In this document: piece by piece, positions 1-11,729 of the stretch
How the letters are laid out: each line of letters starts with the position of its first letter
How positions within the stretch are numbered: the first letter of the stretch is position 1
The notes under the pieces: generated by a model
The model's input: the letters and a program-made list of their open reading frames with translations, nothing else
Told to the model about the DNA's origin: nothing
The model's database searches: none
Made by a program: the position numbers and the translations under genes
Assembly (NCBI GenBank): GCA_964304625.1
Contig: OZ199838.1
Location: forward strand, 15,302,729-15,366,728
From: Kudoa neothunni
Lineage: Eukaryota > Animalia > Cnidaria
Length of the DNA stretch: 64,000 bases
Direction of reading: 5' to 3'

Positions 1-172
1 ATATTGATTAATTTTCAACGTTGATTATTTATTTTCAGTTTGTAAGTAAATTATAACACGAAAGTCTTCCCTAGTGAATATTAAAATACCCTGAATTTCA
101 TTTGATGCTGTTTTTTTGCCGAATGTAGAACTAAATATGTTAATTTTTAAGGCCCACCGATAAATTAAAGTT

Positions 173-1178
173 GGCTAATTCACAGTTCAGTGGAATTCGT
201 CGTGTATGTTCAGCTGTTCTTGGCGAAAAAAAAACAAATTTAAATGATAAACGTATTTTAATGTAAATATATTTCATTATTTGTTTTTACATACATTGTA
301 AATGTATTCAGAATATCATTGTTTCTCAAATGATATTCTGAGAGATAGGAACCAATTAATTCCGACTTTTTATGAGTTATATATCGGTATTTTCTTTTTA
401 TTGCACCACAGATTGCTTCGATACTGCTGGTATGCACACCTTTCTGTGTCCTAAATTTAACCGAGTGATTTACTGTCTCATGACTATAGTTAACATCACT
501 TAAATTGTTGTAACCAGCCCAGCAATCTGTCCAAAATATTGACCCTGGATGAACATTTTGGATTATTATATGTTCAAAGCGTAGGTTGATTTCGAATGGT
601 GCTTAGCACTTGAAATATATTACCATATGAGACTATATCACTGACGATCCGTATGTTTTGATTTACCAAAACTCTTCCTCGGTGATAATTACGTTTGCAA
701 ATCCTTGATTCATCAATTTGTACTACCACTGCATGTCCTCTGATTCTTTCACTATGTAAATAAAAATGGTCGATATAAACTTCTCTGATAAAATTCCTCC
801 AATCGCAAATTGTATTGTCGGAACCTATTTGCGGTTGTTTCGACAGCTGTAGATACGACATGTGGATATCATTGATTTCTATGTACATCAATGCAAAGAT
901 TTGCCACGGCATTAGTTTGGAACCCTAGAAAAATGTCCCTCTTCTAACTGAAATTTTTGTACACATTGGACACTTGAACAAACATTTATCAATAATAGAA
1001 TCGTTTTTTAGCAACATTAACTCGTCACAATTATCGCCCATTCTCTCTTTAGGCGTAAGGCTAAATTTTTGTAAGAGTGATATTTGTTTTTCTATGTCCA
1101 TCTTTATTTCAAAAAGCTGTTCAAACAAAAAATTATCGATATTTTCGAACTTGATTTCCACTTAACTGTAAATTAGCC
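173..1178 (-). mobile_element. Merlin (ISXO2/IS1595-like) DNA transposon, about 1.0 kb
   Basis: 26-bp imperfect TIRs: GGCTAATTCACAGTTCAGTGGAATTC at 173 and GATTTCCACTTAACTGTAAATTAGCC ending at 1178. Flanks AATTAAAGTT / AATTAAGTT form an approximately 9-bp TSD. Internal transposase remnants are present. Confidence 0.85.
270..1161 (-). pseudogene. Disrupted ISXO2-family DDE transposase
   Basis: CxxC zinc ribbon (FKCPMCTK), VQIDES and RNYHRGR motifs. After a frameshift near 576 the frame continues PGSIFWTDCWAGY...VNH...GVHTSSIEA. There is another break near 920. Confidence 0.85.
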
Positions 1179-1615
1179 AATTAAGTTAGATTCTGCCGAA
1201 TACATTTGAATTTTAATCAGAAAAGAAATATGTATATTAATTGCTTTAAAATTTTAATGTGATAGGGAGCTTTATTCAAAGTTATGAACAGTTTAAGTTA
1301 ACAAATTAATACTTTTGAAATAAGTGGGGCATGATAGAAAAAAGGTTGAAAACACTGCTCTACTCTATTTGGCAATGATTTTCTTCGACTAAATATGAGT
1401 AAATCAAAGTTGTATTAACGGTATGAATTAAGAAATGAACAGTTCATTATTTTCTAACTTTAAACGAACTATAATAGCTTAAATTAATCGAGTTTATTTT
1501 TATAATTATAACAAATTAAATAAATATAAATATATGTTTTATTCTTTCAAACAATAATTAAAATAATACAAATATCAAATAAGGTGATATCGAGATTTTA
1601 CCAATCTGCATTCTA

Positions 1616-2073
1616 CAGTATTTCTCGATCAAGTTACAAGTTTCTGGCGTATTTTGTACTTCCACTCGATTAAGCTACAGCAATGTTCAGTAAAACACGA
1701 GAATTTCCCACGAAATTAAAATTTTCTCGAAGTGATACGAAAAAAAATAATTAAACACCTGTATTCTCCAAAATAATTCTAATGTTAATTTTTTCTTTTG
1801 AATAGCGGAAGAAAAGTTAGTCTTACGATGTTTAAATAATTTTGGAAATATGCCAATGAAATCTTATTCGTGGTTTTCTCGATACATTCAATCAAGTCCT
1901 CATGATTTGTTGGTTATCTACTTTTTATCATAGATATAAATCAAGCAAAAATTTTTTCAATAGAATTAAAAAACTGCGAATATGGATGTGGTAGAAATGA
2001 ATTTTTTCATTATTTTACATCCTCTATAATACTGTAAAACGCAAGTGACTTGCAACCTGATCGAGAAATACTG
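1616..2073. mobile_element. Tc1/mariner-type MITE
   Basis: 26-bp TIR CAGTATTTCTCGATCA(A/G)GTT(A/G)CAAGT with 2 mismatches, flanked on both sides by TA (1614-1615 and 2074-2075). Confidence 0.85.
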
Positions 2074-2534
2074 TACTAAGTGATAACGTATAGTTACAAT
2101 GCAAAATTTCATTATTATAAGTTTTATATTTGTCTCCTCCTAGCACATTTAAGTTGGACTTGAGGTATACGAGAAAATACGATGTGGCAAGAATTCCTGT
2201 GATGGTTGTAAATAAAATTATGTCACACTTCCAACTTTACATAATCTGTAATGAAAATAATGACATTGTTATTAAGAAGAGAAAAATCTCCATTAAGGAC
2301 TAAGATAATAGCTAGTAGCATTGTTAAAGTGAAGATGCAATTACAATCAAGATCAATGAATCCAAGTCAAGCCGATGAAGTATGCAGACAAGATTTGTTA
2401 AAACCTTCGAAAAAATCGCAATTTTAATTGAGTAATGATCTTAAGCGCCAATGAAAATCGTAGCACGCATGCTTATTTAGGTTTTATGTGTTATAAGCAT
2501 GTAAAAAATCAGTATATATAACGAATAAAAAATT

Positions 2535-4233
2535 CTATGAGATTATTTTGAATTCGTAGTTCGCGTAACCATCAGTACTGATAAGCAGGTGGATAATGGT
2601 AGAACCTTGATTACAATAAATTAATTCTTTTACTGAGAATCGATCAGGATCCGACGGTTTAACCATATCGAAAATTTCTGATTTGATTTCATCGAAACTA
2701 ACTACTTGTTGTTCGGTCGATTTTACATCTTTCTAATGGGAAAAATGTTACAGATATTCAAAGAAATCAGAGAAAATTATACATAAATATCTCTATAGAA
2801 ATAGTTGATATCATAGGCGCTGATAAAACCATCGTTGTCAACATCGAGGAGCTGAAAAAAGTAATAAATTGCTTGTGGAGTGTGAGAGTTGTTGTAAGCG
2901 ATGATGAATTTGATGAAACCTTTATAATCTATTTGTTTATCGTACAGTTTTGAATTCTAAAATAGCACAGTTTCAATGAACTCAGCTACAAAAAGTAATA
3001 AAACATACACAGAATAGTTGACTAACAAAAGCATCCGTGAGAATTCCACTTTTGAATCGTTTAAATTCCTCCTGGCTGATCATCCCGTTAGCATTCGTAT
3101 CGAGAACAAGATAAAAGTTGTAGATTTGTATCATTTGGGCGAGCGAGAACCAGTAAATTTCTAAAAATACCGTTAAAGTGTGATTCATCGTGTTGAAAAA
3201 CTGACCGTTATTCAAGGAAGCAACGTCACTCTCCTCATTGCCTTCGACTGAGGATTGGCGAAGATTTGTGGTGAGAATCGTGTTTTCATTTAGCGCCTCA
3301 AGAAATCCACTAGTAATGATGTCGTTGATACACATTTTTCCAGTGCGAAGGGGGTCGACGAAAAAAAAGAACCATGTAGTTACATTACACACATAGAAAG
3401 GGGTATATTTTTTGCCCAACTGCTCGCGTAGATCATTGAATCCTTTTATAATTTCGACAGTGAATTCGTGGAAATCTGAATTTCTGCAAAAATAAAATTA
3501 CCAAGTTGAAGCATTAATGTAACATATGGTTGATTCATAACAAACCACACACAATGAGGTTGTTTCAAACACATTACGGAAAATATTACCTTATAAAACC
3601 ATCTCCTGTGTCGTAATGCGACAGAAGATAACGCATATTTTTCACAAATCCAAGTTGCTTGATATAATTGTACAGTAGAAATGTTGACACGTAACCATTT
3701 GGATTGTTTTGATAGAGGTTGGAATATACCCAATATGGAAGATACATTTCTCCGATTGTTTGTTCGATGTAGTCCCTTAGCTTGATAAAATTCTCAAAGG
3801 TGAACCAATACTCTTCCTGTTCGAACAAAGAAACCGACAACATATAACTGAGAATGGTGTCAAAATCGGCATCACTTAATAGAAAAGATTCCCTTTTATC
3901 AAGCTTTGTTTCGCGTATGATATTGTTGAGACCATTCTTTACAGTTAATAAATGGTTGTATGAATTTCCGGAATCATCCTGATGATGGTAACGGTATTGA
4001 TATGATGTGAAATTGAGATTGTCTTGAACAGTACTGAATTTTATGTTTCTTTGTTTGCATATTTGTTTTAGGTGTTTAACTGTTAGGTGATACAAATTGA
4101 TAGAGTTGGGATCTGATAAATCTTTGATTTTTTCTGATTTATCCAAATTCATATGATAACCAACTTCGTGATTGTCATCAAAGTTAACCTCGGAGGAACC
4201 ACTCCCAATCTCAAGTGAATCTTTGTGGTCCAT
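2535..4233 (-). CDS. PPP2R3C: PP2A regulatory subunit B'' gamma (EF-hand), multi-exon
   Basis: Motifs FYVCNVTTWFFFFVDPLRTGK, EF-hand LDTNANGMISQEEF and C-terminal EIFDMVKPSDP...NQGSTIIHLLISTDGYANYE match PPP2R3C. Stop TAG at 2535-2537. Confidence 0.88.
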
Positions 4234-5155
4234 CTTATATATGAGTTTATATGTCGGTAGGCAGAAGTTTTGTAGTCAAAAAACCTCACCCACAGAACCC
4301 ATAAATAAATTAATAGACTAACAACTAAGTTCTAATCAGGAATTATCGAATTAAAGGCATCGGATCAACATCAAAATACGATTAAATGTCATAAAAGTTA
4401 ATATTTACGATGTAGAATTATTTGAAATAGTTTTTCGTGTATTTTTATCATTATAATAGTTTGAAAACGAATCAAACACATTAAATTAAGTTAAGTAAAT
4501 ATTGTGCGCATGCCTCTTGCGCAAGTGAGGTGATCATTCTCACCCAAAAAAATAATATTCAGGCGATAATTATTATCATTGTTCAGTATTTTTTGGTGAT
4601 TGTAATGTCACCTAGAGTGGCTCTTATTATAGTAAATTCGTATCCCGCTAAACACGAGTTATTTTCAAATAATTTTATAAACGTTTAATTAAAATAATGC
4701 GATTTCTCTCCTACAAAATTATAATATAAAACATGAAATTTTTAGCCTTTAAATTAAAATATAATGTTAAATAATCTGTATATTGCAAGGTAAGGATGCG
4801 CGCAAGATTATCCTTTATATTGGATGTTGATCTGATCTTGCTTTATAATCCGCATTAAAAAATGGTTATCGGTGATTTTAATAGTTGCATACATTCTAAA
4901 ATTATTAAATCAACACCAAGATTTATATTTTCATTTAGTTGTTTTTGCTGGTTCTTTATACAACCCCTAGTTAACTAAAAAATATTTCCTGCTTTAAGCT
5001 TGAATATCAAACTTTAATATGACTAATGATTTTTAAACAAATGGACAATGATAAATAATTCATTATTTCTTTAAAAACGTGAATATAATTAATAATAGTT
5101 TTATACTTGTTTCAATTTTAATATTTCAATGGAGGTTAAGAAATATATTTTAAAG

Positions 5156-7021
5156 GGTTAAAATGTAGAATAGTGGCGTAATCCAAATCAGCGTCCACAT
5201 TAAAAATAGAACCTGTTGATTATTTTAATTTTTGTATTTATTATTGTTTCATCATCAGTAGGTTATTTTAGGCACTGTATTTGTTATCAATAATAGTTGC
5301 TGTAATATATTCTCTAATAACTGTTAGCCTCTCACAATTATTTCCAAAAGAAATATCATTTAATCGATCAAGTAAAGATCACTTTATGGCTGAATTACAG
5401 TATCTGTGCAAACTTCGGTTGGGAAAAACAAACATCGGTAAACTTCGCACATTATTTTTAAAGTGAATAAAACGTCAAAATATATACAAAAAGAGTATTA
5501 ATTTCCTGTTCAGAAAACTTTTTCCTAAACAGGGAACCAGCTATGTACCCAAGCAAACTCTCCGGATTCTTATTTATGGCGTTTCTATATTTACTTTTAA
5601 AAGCACCCCAAGTCGCCTCTATTTTGTTTGTGTGAACCCCATCGCTCGAAAAAAACCTTCTTTCGTGGATAACGGTTCCATGAGAAAAACCCAAATTTTC
5701 TAAATTATTGTATCCGTTCCATCCATCCTTCCATATTGTTGAACCGTCCTCAACGTTATCGATTCTTATTCTCTCGAGAACGTCTCTGTTTCTATATTGA
5801 GAAATCTTTAGGAAGCAGGTTCTTTCTTCGTCAATTCCACCCACCATCAAGTGTTGCTGATTTTTCAGAACACGGCCAACATTATATTTCCTCTTGGAGA
5901 CGGCGATCTCGTCGATTGGAACAATTACTCCATTATCTTCAATTTTTGTGAATTCATCATTCAATTTGGAAGCCATGAAATCTCCTATAATGATCTTCCA
6001 ATCCATTATTATTAAATTCGACGCGATATCAAGGTGTTGTCGAAGCTGATCAAATGTCATGGTTGGATGCTGGATAAGACAGACCATAAGGATGAATGAT
6101 TTCCACAAAGGGAGCTTGGACATTTCGAAAATGGTCCCAGATCTCAACGAGCGCCTTTTACGGCATTTGCTACATCTAAACTGGTAACCATCACCCGTAT
6201 CTTTACGCGGAACCACACTCATATCATCCCCGCATGTATATTTGCAAAAGCTATGTAATAGAACAGGCCGAGATTTTGTAAACTTTTAATTGTGATGTCT
6301 ACATCATCACGAATATGACCATAATCAAGAATAGTTATTGAAATGTCGCGCCAAAAATGCAAAAGAGAAAGACTCGAATAGGAAGTAAACAAGACAAGAA
6401 TACAACTCTAATTGCGAGGTGGTTTATATAGGGCGAGGGGCTGGTGATTCCGATTTTTTCCGGGTCTCCAAAATGGTCGGGCGCGCCTCCACATTTGAAC
6501 AAAACGGGATTCTCCTCGCCCGGTCTCCTACGTTCGGCTTAGACCCAAATGCTCCGTAAGCAACTCGTAGGTCTAAGACTAGAGCTGTCGTGGTGGAGAA
6601 CCCGGGGTCAAATATGAATAATCTCTTGACACAACATTTGTGCTAAAGTTTTGCGAGAATTTTCGATCGGAACCGTAGTTTGCACAGATACTATAATTTA
6701 GCCTTTTATTTATTCTAAAACTTGATTGTGACAACAATGATTTTTTTATCAAACGTCATATTTCATCCTTATCAATTGCCTACTATTAATTAAATATGTA
6801 TAAGAATAAGAAATTCATATTTTCTGCAAGCAATAGGTGTTGAATTGTATCAAATACATAACTTTAATATCAAAAATTATATATTATAACTAATCCACTC
6901 ATTCCTATCATTGAATGTCCAACAAATTTCGTAATAATTTGATTTAAAAAATTCAGGATTAATGTCCGAACTAATTATAACCTTTAAGCAGTACATGCAA
7001 CCACTATTCTACATTTTAACC
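5156..7021 (-). mobile_element. Merlin DNA transposon, near full length (about 1.87 kb)
   Basis: Perfect inverted repeat AAGGGTTAAAATGTAGAATAGTGG (5153-5176) / CCACTATTCTACATTTTAACCCTT (7001-7024) encloses a transposase. The TSD is degenerate. Confidence 0.85.
5458..6222 (-). CDS. ISXO2/IS1595-family (Merlin) DDE transposase; the N-terminal part upstream of 6222 appears frameshifted
   Basis: FRCSKCRK zinc ribbon, PIDE, KRKYNVGR, VGGID, WKDGWNGY and VHTNKIEATW motifs, with D-D-E retained. Confidence 0.85.
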   Translation of the reverse strand: MSVVPRKDTGDGYQFRCSKCRKRRSLRSGTIFEMSKLPLWKSFILMVCLIQHPTMTFDQLRQHLDIASNLIIMDWKIIIGDFMASKLNDEFTKIEDNGVIVPIDEIAVSKRKYNVGRVLKNQQHLMVGGIDEERTCFLKISQYRNRDVLERIRIDNVEDGSTIWKDGWNGYNNLENLGFSHGTVIHERRFFSSDGVHTNKIEATWGAFKSKYRNAINKNPESLLGYIAGSLFRKKFSEQEINTLFVYILTFYSL

Positions 7022-8177
7022 CTTGAAGGAATTAATCGATCGTTTCAATTGAAAATTTTTTAATTATTATAGTTATAGAAACTACTCTGAATTTAATTTA
7101 ATTTTGTTATTAAAAATTTCTATACCTTATTCCTCTAATCATTTCATTTCATTTATTTCATTTTTTATTCTCCAGATAGTTGTTTTAAGCTTGGAGAAGA
7201 AATAATCCCGTTCTTATTAACTTTGTGTATTAAAAACTTTATGTAGTTGTGGTATATTTTTTATCTATTTGAGAAATAAGTTATTTTGGTGTGACCAATC
7301 ACTTTTAATATTGTGAATTAAACATATTAAATATTTTAATTAATTCTATTAAGTTTTTTGGATAAAAACGATCAAATGGCATCATATCCTCATTTTTATA
7401 TTTTAATGTGTCACTCGAATTCTCTTGATACAACCGAATTCGAATATTGAGATTAAACTACGCGATTTAGGATATTCACCTTAGGAGAATTTTTGAGTGT
7501 TCAATTTAACCCCAGACCTTTTGTTATGTGTTGTGTATGTATTAATATAATCTTAATCGCTTCCAAACCATATTTATTCTCCTCTGAAATGTTTGGTATG
7601 AACAAAAAATATTATGAGGATTGAATAATTGGTTTACGATTTAATTAAAATACTCATACTTTCCCTTATAAAGACCAAATGAGTCCAACAACTTTCTTTC
7701 AGGTATACAAAATCTCATGTATTGCCCTAAAAGAAAAAATTACTTGATTTTATTATTGTAGAAATAGATTTGATTGTATAATTTACACAAATAAATATTG
7801 GACGCGGATAAACGAACACACCCCAAAGGTTGAACTGGGAAAATGAATTATTGTTTAAGTAAGCGTTTTTATCAGAAATGGGCCCAAATGATCGATTCTG
7901 AGAGGAATCTTCAAATTTTTGATTATCTTTCATAATCAGATAATTTTGAACACGATACGACTAAAATTTACCAATCTAAAAATATTGCTATATAAATTAT
8001 TGATAGGTATATGGTTACAAAAATTTTATATAGGAAAAATAATTTAAAAATTATTATGGATTCTACGAATAATAAAATATAAGTTATTTTCAATTCTAAC
8101 TATTTTACCATTACAAAAATTAGTAAGACTAATAAATGAAAAATGTAGCGCTATACTTCATTATAAAGTTATAAATA

Positions 8178-8595
8178 GGGATCGTAGTTTTCGACGTTTA
8201 TTTGGGTTGATCCGGCAGTACGCATGCTTGAAAATTTAAAATGTAAAAAAATTGCAACAAGAATCCCCACAAAAAACTTTTTTTATCAAATGGTGACAGC
8301 AAAAAAACGTCGAGAACAATTATAGAATCTAAATTCTCTTAATTTTGACATTTTTTAACGAAATATGTTTCCTTGACTTTATTTGTGAATTCTATTTTTT
8401 TGTAGAGATAATTTCACTTTGTAATATTTACAGGTTAGTTCATTTTCCATCTTCTCTAGGTTGATCCACTCAACAATAAAACTTTCAATTTGTCTCCGGT
8501 AACTACCCATTTCATGTATTTCGAATAATCCAGAAAAATAAACGTCGAAACTTGTTTAAAAATTCGACGATTAAAATCAAAAACTACGACCCTCG
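8178..8595. mobile_element. MITE with 10-bp target-site duplication (MULE-like)
   Basis: GTTATAAATA is directly repeated at 8168-8177 and 8596-8605. The ends GGGATCGTAGTTTT / AAAACTACGACCCTCG are imperfect inverted repeats. Confidence 0.6.
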
Positions 8596-11500
8596 GTTAT
8601 AAATAAGCAGGAGATGTATTCTAAATAATCCTCTCCACGACAACTATTTATTGGTATAATTAACGGTGTTACAACTTCCATACTTATTGACAAATAATCG
8701 TTATTACACAAGTTAATATTTTTGAAAAATTAGCTCATAGTTGCTTAAAAATACTATGAATCGCCAAATTCTGTAATAAATCAACACTCTTGCATCGATG
8801 ACCTACCTTGAATAAAAAAATATGTCGTCCTTTTTTTAGGATGTGGGAAAAGTACTTTTCATCTGATAGATCGACTTTTTGGAAAAAATGGAATTTTTTC
8901 AAATTGCTCTATGACTTCAATTAAATTCCCACGAATAAATATATTTTCTTATTTAGCATTAAACGTAATTTTATAAACACAAAGCCGAAAAATGGTTCAA
9001 TTTTGTATGTTTTCTATACACTCATACATAATATACAAAGTAAAATAGGGCTGTTATTAGTAGTTAATCATATTATATGGTTTTTAATGCATTTAAGATC
9101 CAATCTAATCTCTTTTGAAATTTCGTGCGAATTCGTAATAATGTTTCCACGTTTTTCTCGAAGTATTAGTCTTTATTATTGCTTGTAATTATATTAAATA
9201 ACGGAAAATAACTTTTTTAAATTAATATATTAAAAATTGATGTTAATTCGCATTGAGGATGGTAAGTGTAACATCGATTTTAAGACGCTCTGAGGGTTAA
9301 TAAGAGCATCCATTTTTCTATCTATTTCTTTGCATATTTTGTATTTATTTTATAATGAAAATTTTATGATTTATTTTATGTAAGTTTATAAAGCTTCTAG
9401 ATGATAAAGTTTTAGACTTTTGGTCGCAAAAATAGACAATGTAAAATAAAGTGAATAATTTAAAGGGACGGCTCATAGGCTGATTTCAAAATAAATCATA
9501 TAATAAATACAATTCATTAGAAAGCAGGCATTAGATTAAATGATTAAATAATTTACCATAATTATTTTTGAAGAATTAAAATAAATTGAGCATAAACTAT
9601 TTTATTTCAAAAATATAAAAATTAAAAGAATATTGAAAAAGTTGTATTCGAAATTTAACTGAATAAAACACGAGCTTCAAAAGCTGCAAATGTATGAAAC
9701 ATAGGGATTGTTACCAAGCGCAAAAAACATTATTTGATCGTCAGAATCTATCAATACTTGAGTTATATTACAATTAAACCTGATCTCATTCATAAATATT
9801 TTTTAATTTGTTAATTAAAAAGCTAAAAATGTCAGTTTCACAATATCGAGTTTATAAATAAATAATGCGCAATGCCGAACAAATTGTTTATTAAAACATT
9901 CAAAATTATTCAAAATCTAATAGAAAATTTTTCTTTCATTGTTTACCATATTTCTTAATTTTTATAAACGATTATAAATTTAGATACCGCTAAGTAATAA
10001 TTACTTTATTATCTCGTAAAACATGTGTAAAAGTATTTATGAATAAAAAAATTAATATGAAATTATTCAATATCGCGAAGCAATTCTAGGGTCCGGAAAC
10101 CCCGTTTTGATTCGACATTGCGTAGTAAATTTGACCATGTGAAGGATACAGAGGGATGTTGAGGAGAAATTTAAAATTACTAGTTGTAATAATTCAATTA
10201 AATCAATGAGGAGTTCAAAAATGAACAGCTTAGAAATTTGATCTTAGTTATAGAATAATTAAGTCTTGGTAAAATAAACATTTTAAATATAAGGAACATT
10301 CCACTTTCGTTAGAATCATTTAGACAGAACAAAAACTATCCAGCTAAGACATTTCTAACAAACGAAAACGTGGATGAAGAAGAGACTTTATTAGTGGTCT
10401 AATTTAATAGCGGACCATGCGCCAGTACCTCTGATGATAAATGTCAAAAGGAACAATTAATCGTCAAACTGTCAACATTTAAAGTTAAGGATGTCTTAAG
10501 AACTCTTAGAAAACCTTTTCAAGTCAAGATCCAGAAGGTCTATGTACTTGACATACTGTTATGGATCGAGAATCAGTTATTTTAAAAGAAAGAGAATCGC
10601 AGATTAAAATGGTGGGCACTTTCTTTAATGAAAAAAAATGAAAAATAGAAAAATTTTACTTTCATTATATAAATGAGTTTATGTTTAAAAAGGAGCCAAT
10701 AAATGGGTTAATCGTTTTTTGTGTGACACGCACGCGCACAACATGATTTACACATTAATTTTGTATTGCGTCGTAAGTTGGCGATCCCAATTTACTACTC
10801 ACTACCGAGGCACGACTGTAAAATGTTATCAACGTAATGCTAGTATAAAGAGTCGTTACTGATGTAAAAATATAACAAAATCGGAATTTAAAATTGTTTA
10901 AATATATAAATCTCACATTTATTACATTATCCCTTCTGATGTAAAAGCTCACACGAAATGCTTCATATTCGTATCAAAAACGTTCTACATTAAAATGAAA
11001 ATAAGCTTAATTTTAAATCATTAAATAGATCAATTATTCTGTTTAATTTAACTATTAAATTGTTGCCTTCGTTTAAAATTCAGAAGACTCGACCTTATAA
11101 TATATTATAATATCGAATTTTATTCATCTATTTATTTATTTAATTAAGCACATACATTTCTAAAATGAATGCATCAGAATTCGAAGTTGCTAATGTGTAA
11201 ATCTGACAATAGGCATACATTTTTTTGATCAATTTCTAGATAGTATAATATTAAAAAAAATTTAAACCATTTTTTTTAATTATAATTTATTATTAATTCT
11301 ATATCCCAGGTTTCAACCTTCTCTTTAGATCCAATAACAATTTAAATAATTTAATTTTTCATCTTTTAGTAATTTAAATTTATTGAATGATTAATAATTG
11401 ATTATGAATATGTTATTATTTTAACAATGCATCTATTTACCATTTATCCATATTTATTAATTTATGAACGCGATATTTTAAGTTTAAATAATGCATGTGC

Positions 11501-11729
11501 AATTATTATTTTTCACCGATCCTTATTGCGAGCTCAAAACTAATTTTATATCATTTAAAAAATATCCATATTTTTTTAATAAGTAAAAAGGCTGAATTTT
11601 GTACGTTTATAACAACAAAACGTATTCAATGTAGCATGCGCGCGCAAGTTTATTTTTTTAGTTGTGAGTTTTCTTAATCGCCTACAATACCACTGATATT
11701 GCCCTGCTTTATTATAAACGCTAAACTAT

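Larger units (their letters stand above)
1..1357. mobile_element. hAT-type non-autonomous element (left end outside window), interrupted by a Merlin insertion
   Basis: Segments ~60-172 and ~1179-1357 align collinearly with 63140-63448. The right end reads GGTTGAAAACACTG, a hAT-like CAG...CTG terminus. Confidence 0.7.

Noticed and set aside
5458-6222. Bacterial IS1595 contamination
   Set aside because: The element is embedded among intron-containing eukaryotic genes and has decayed paralogues, consistent with Merlin.
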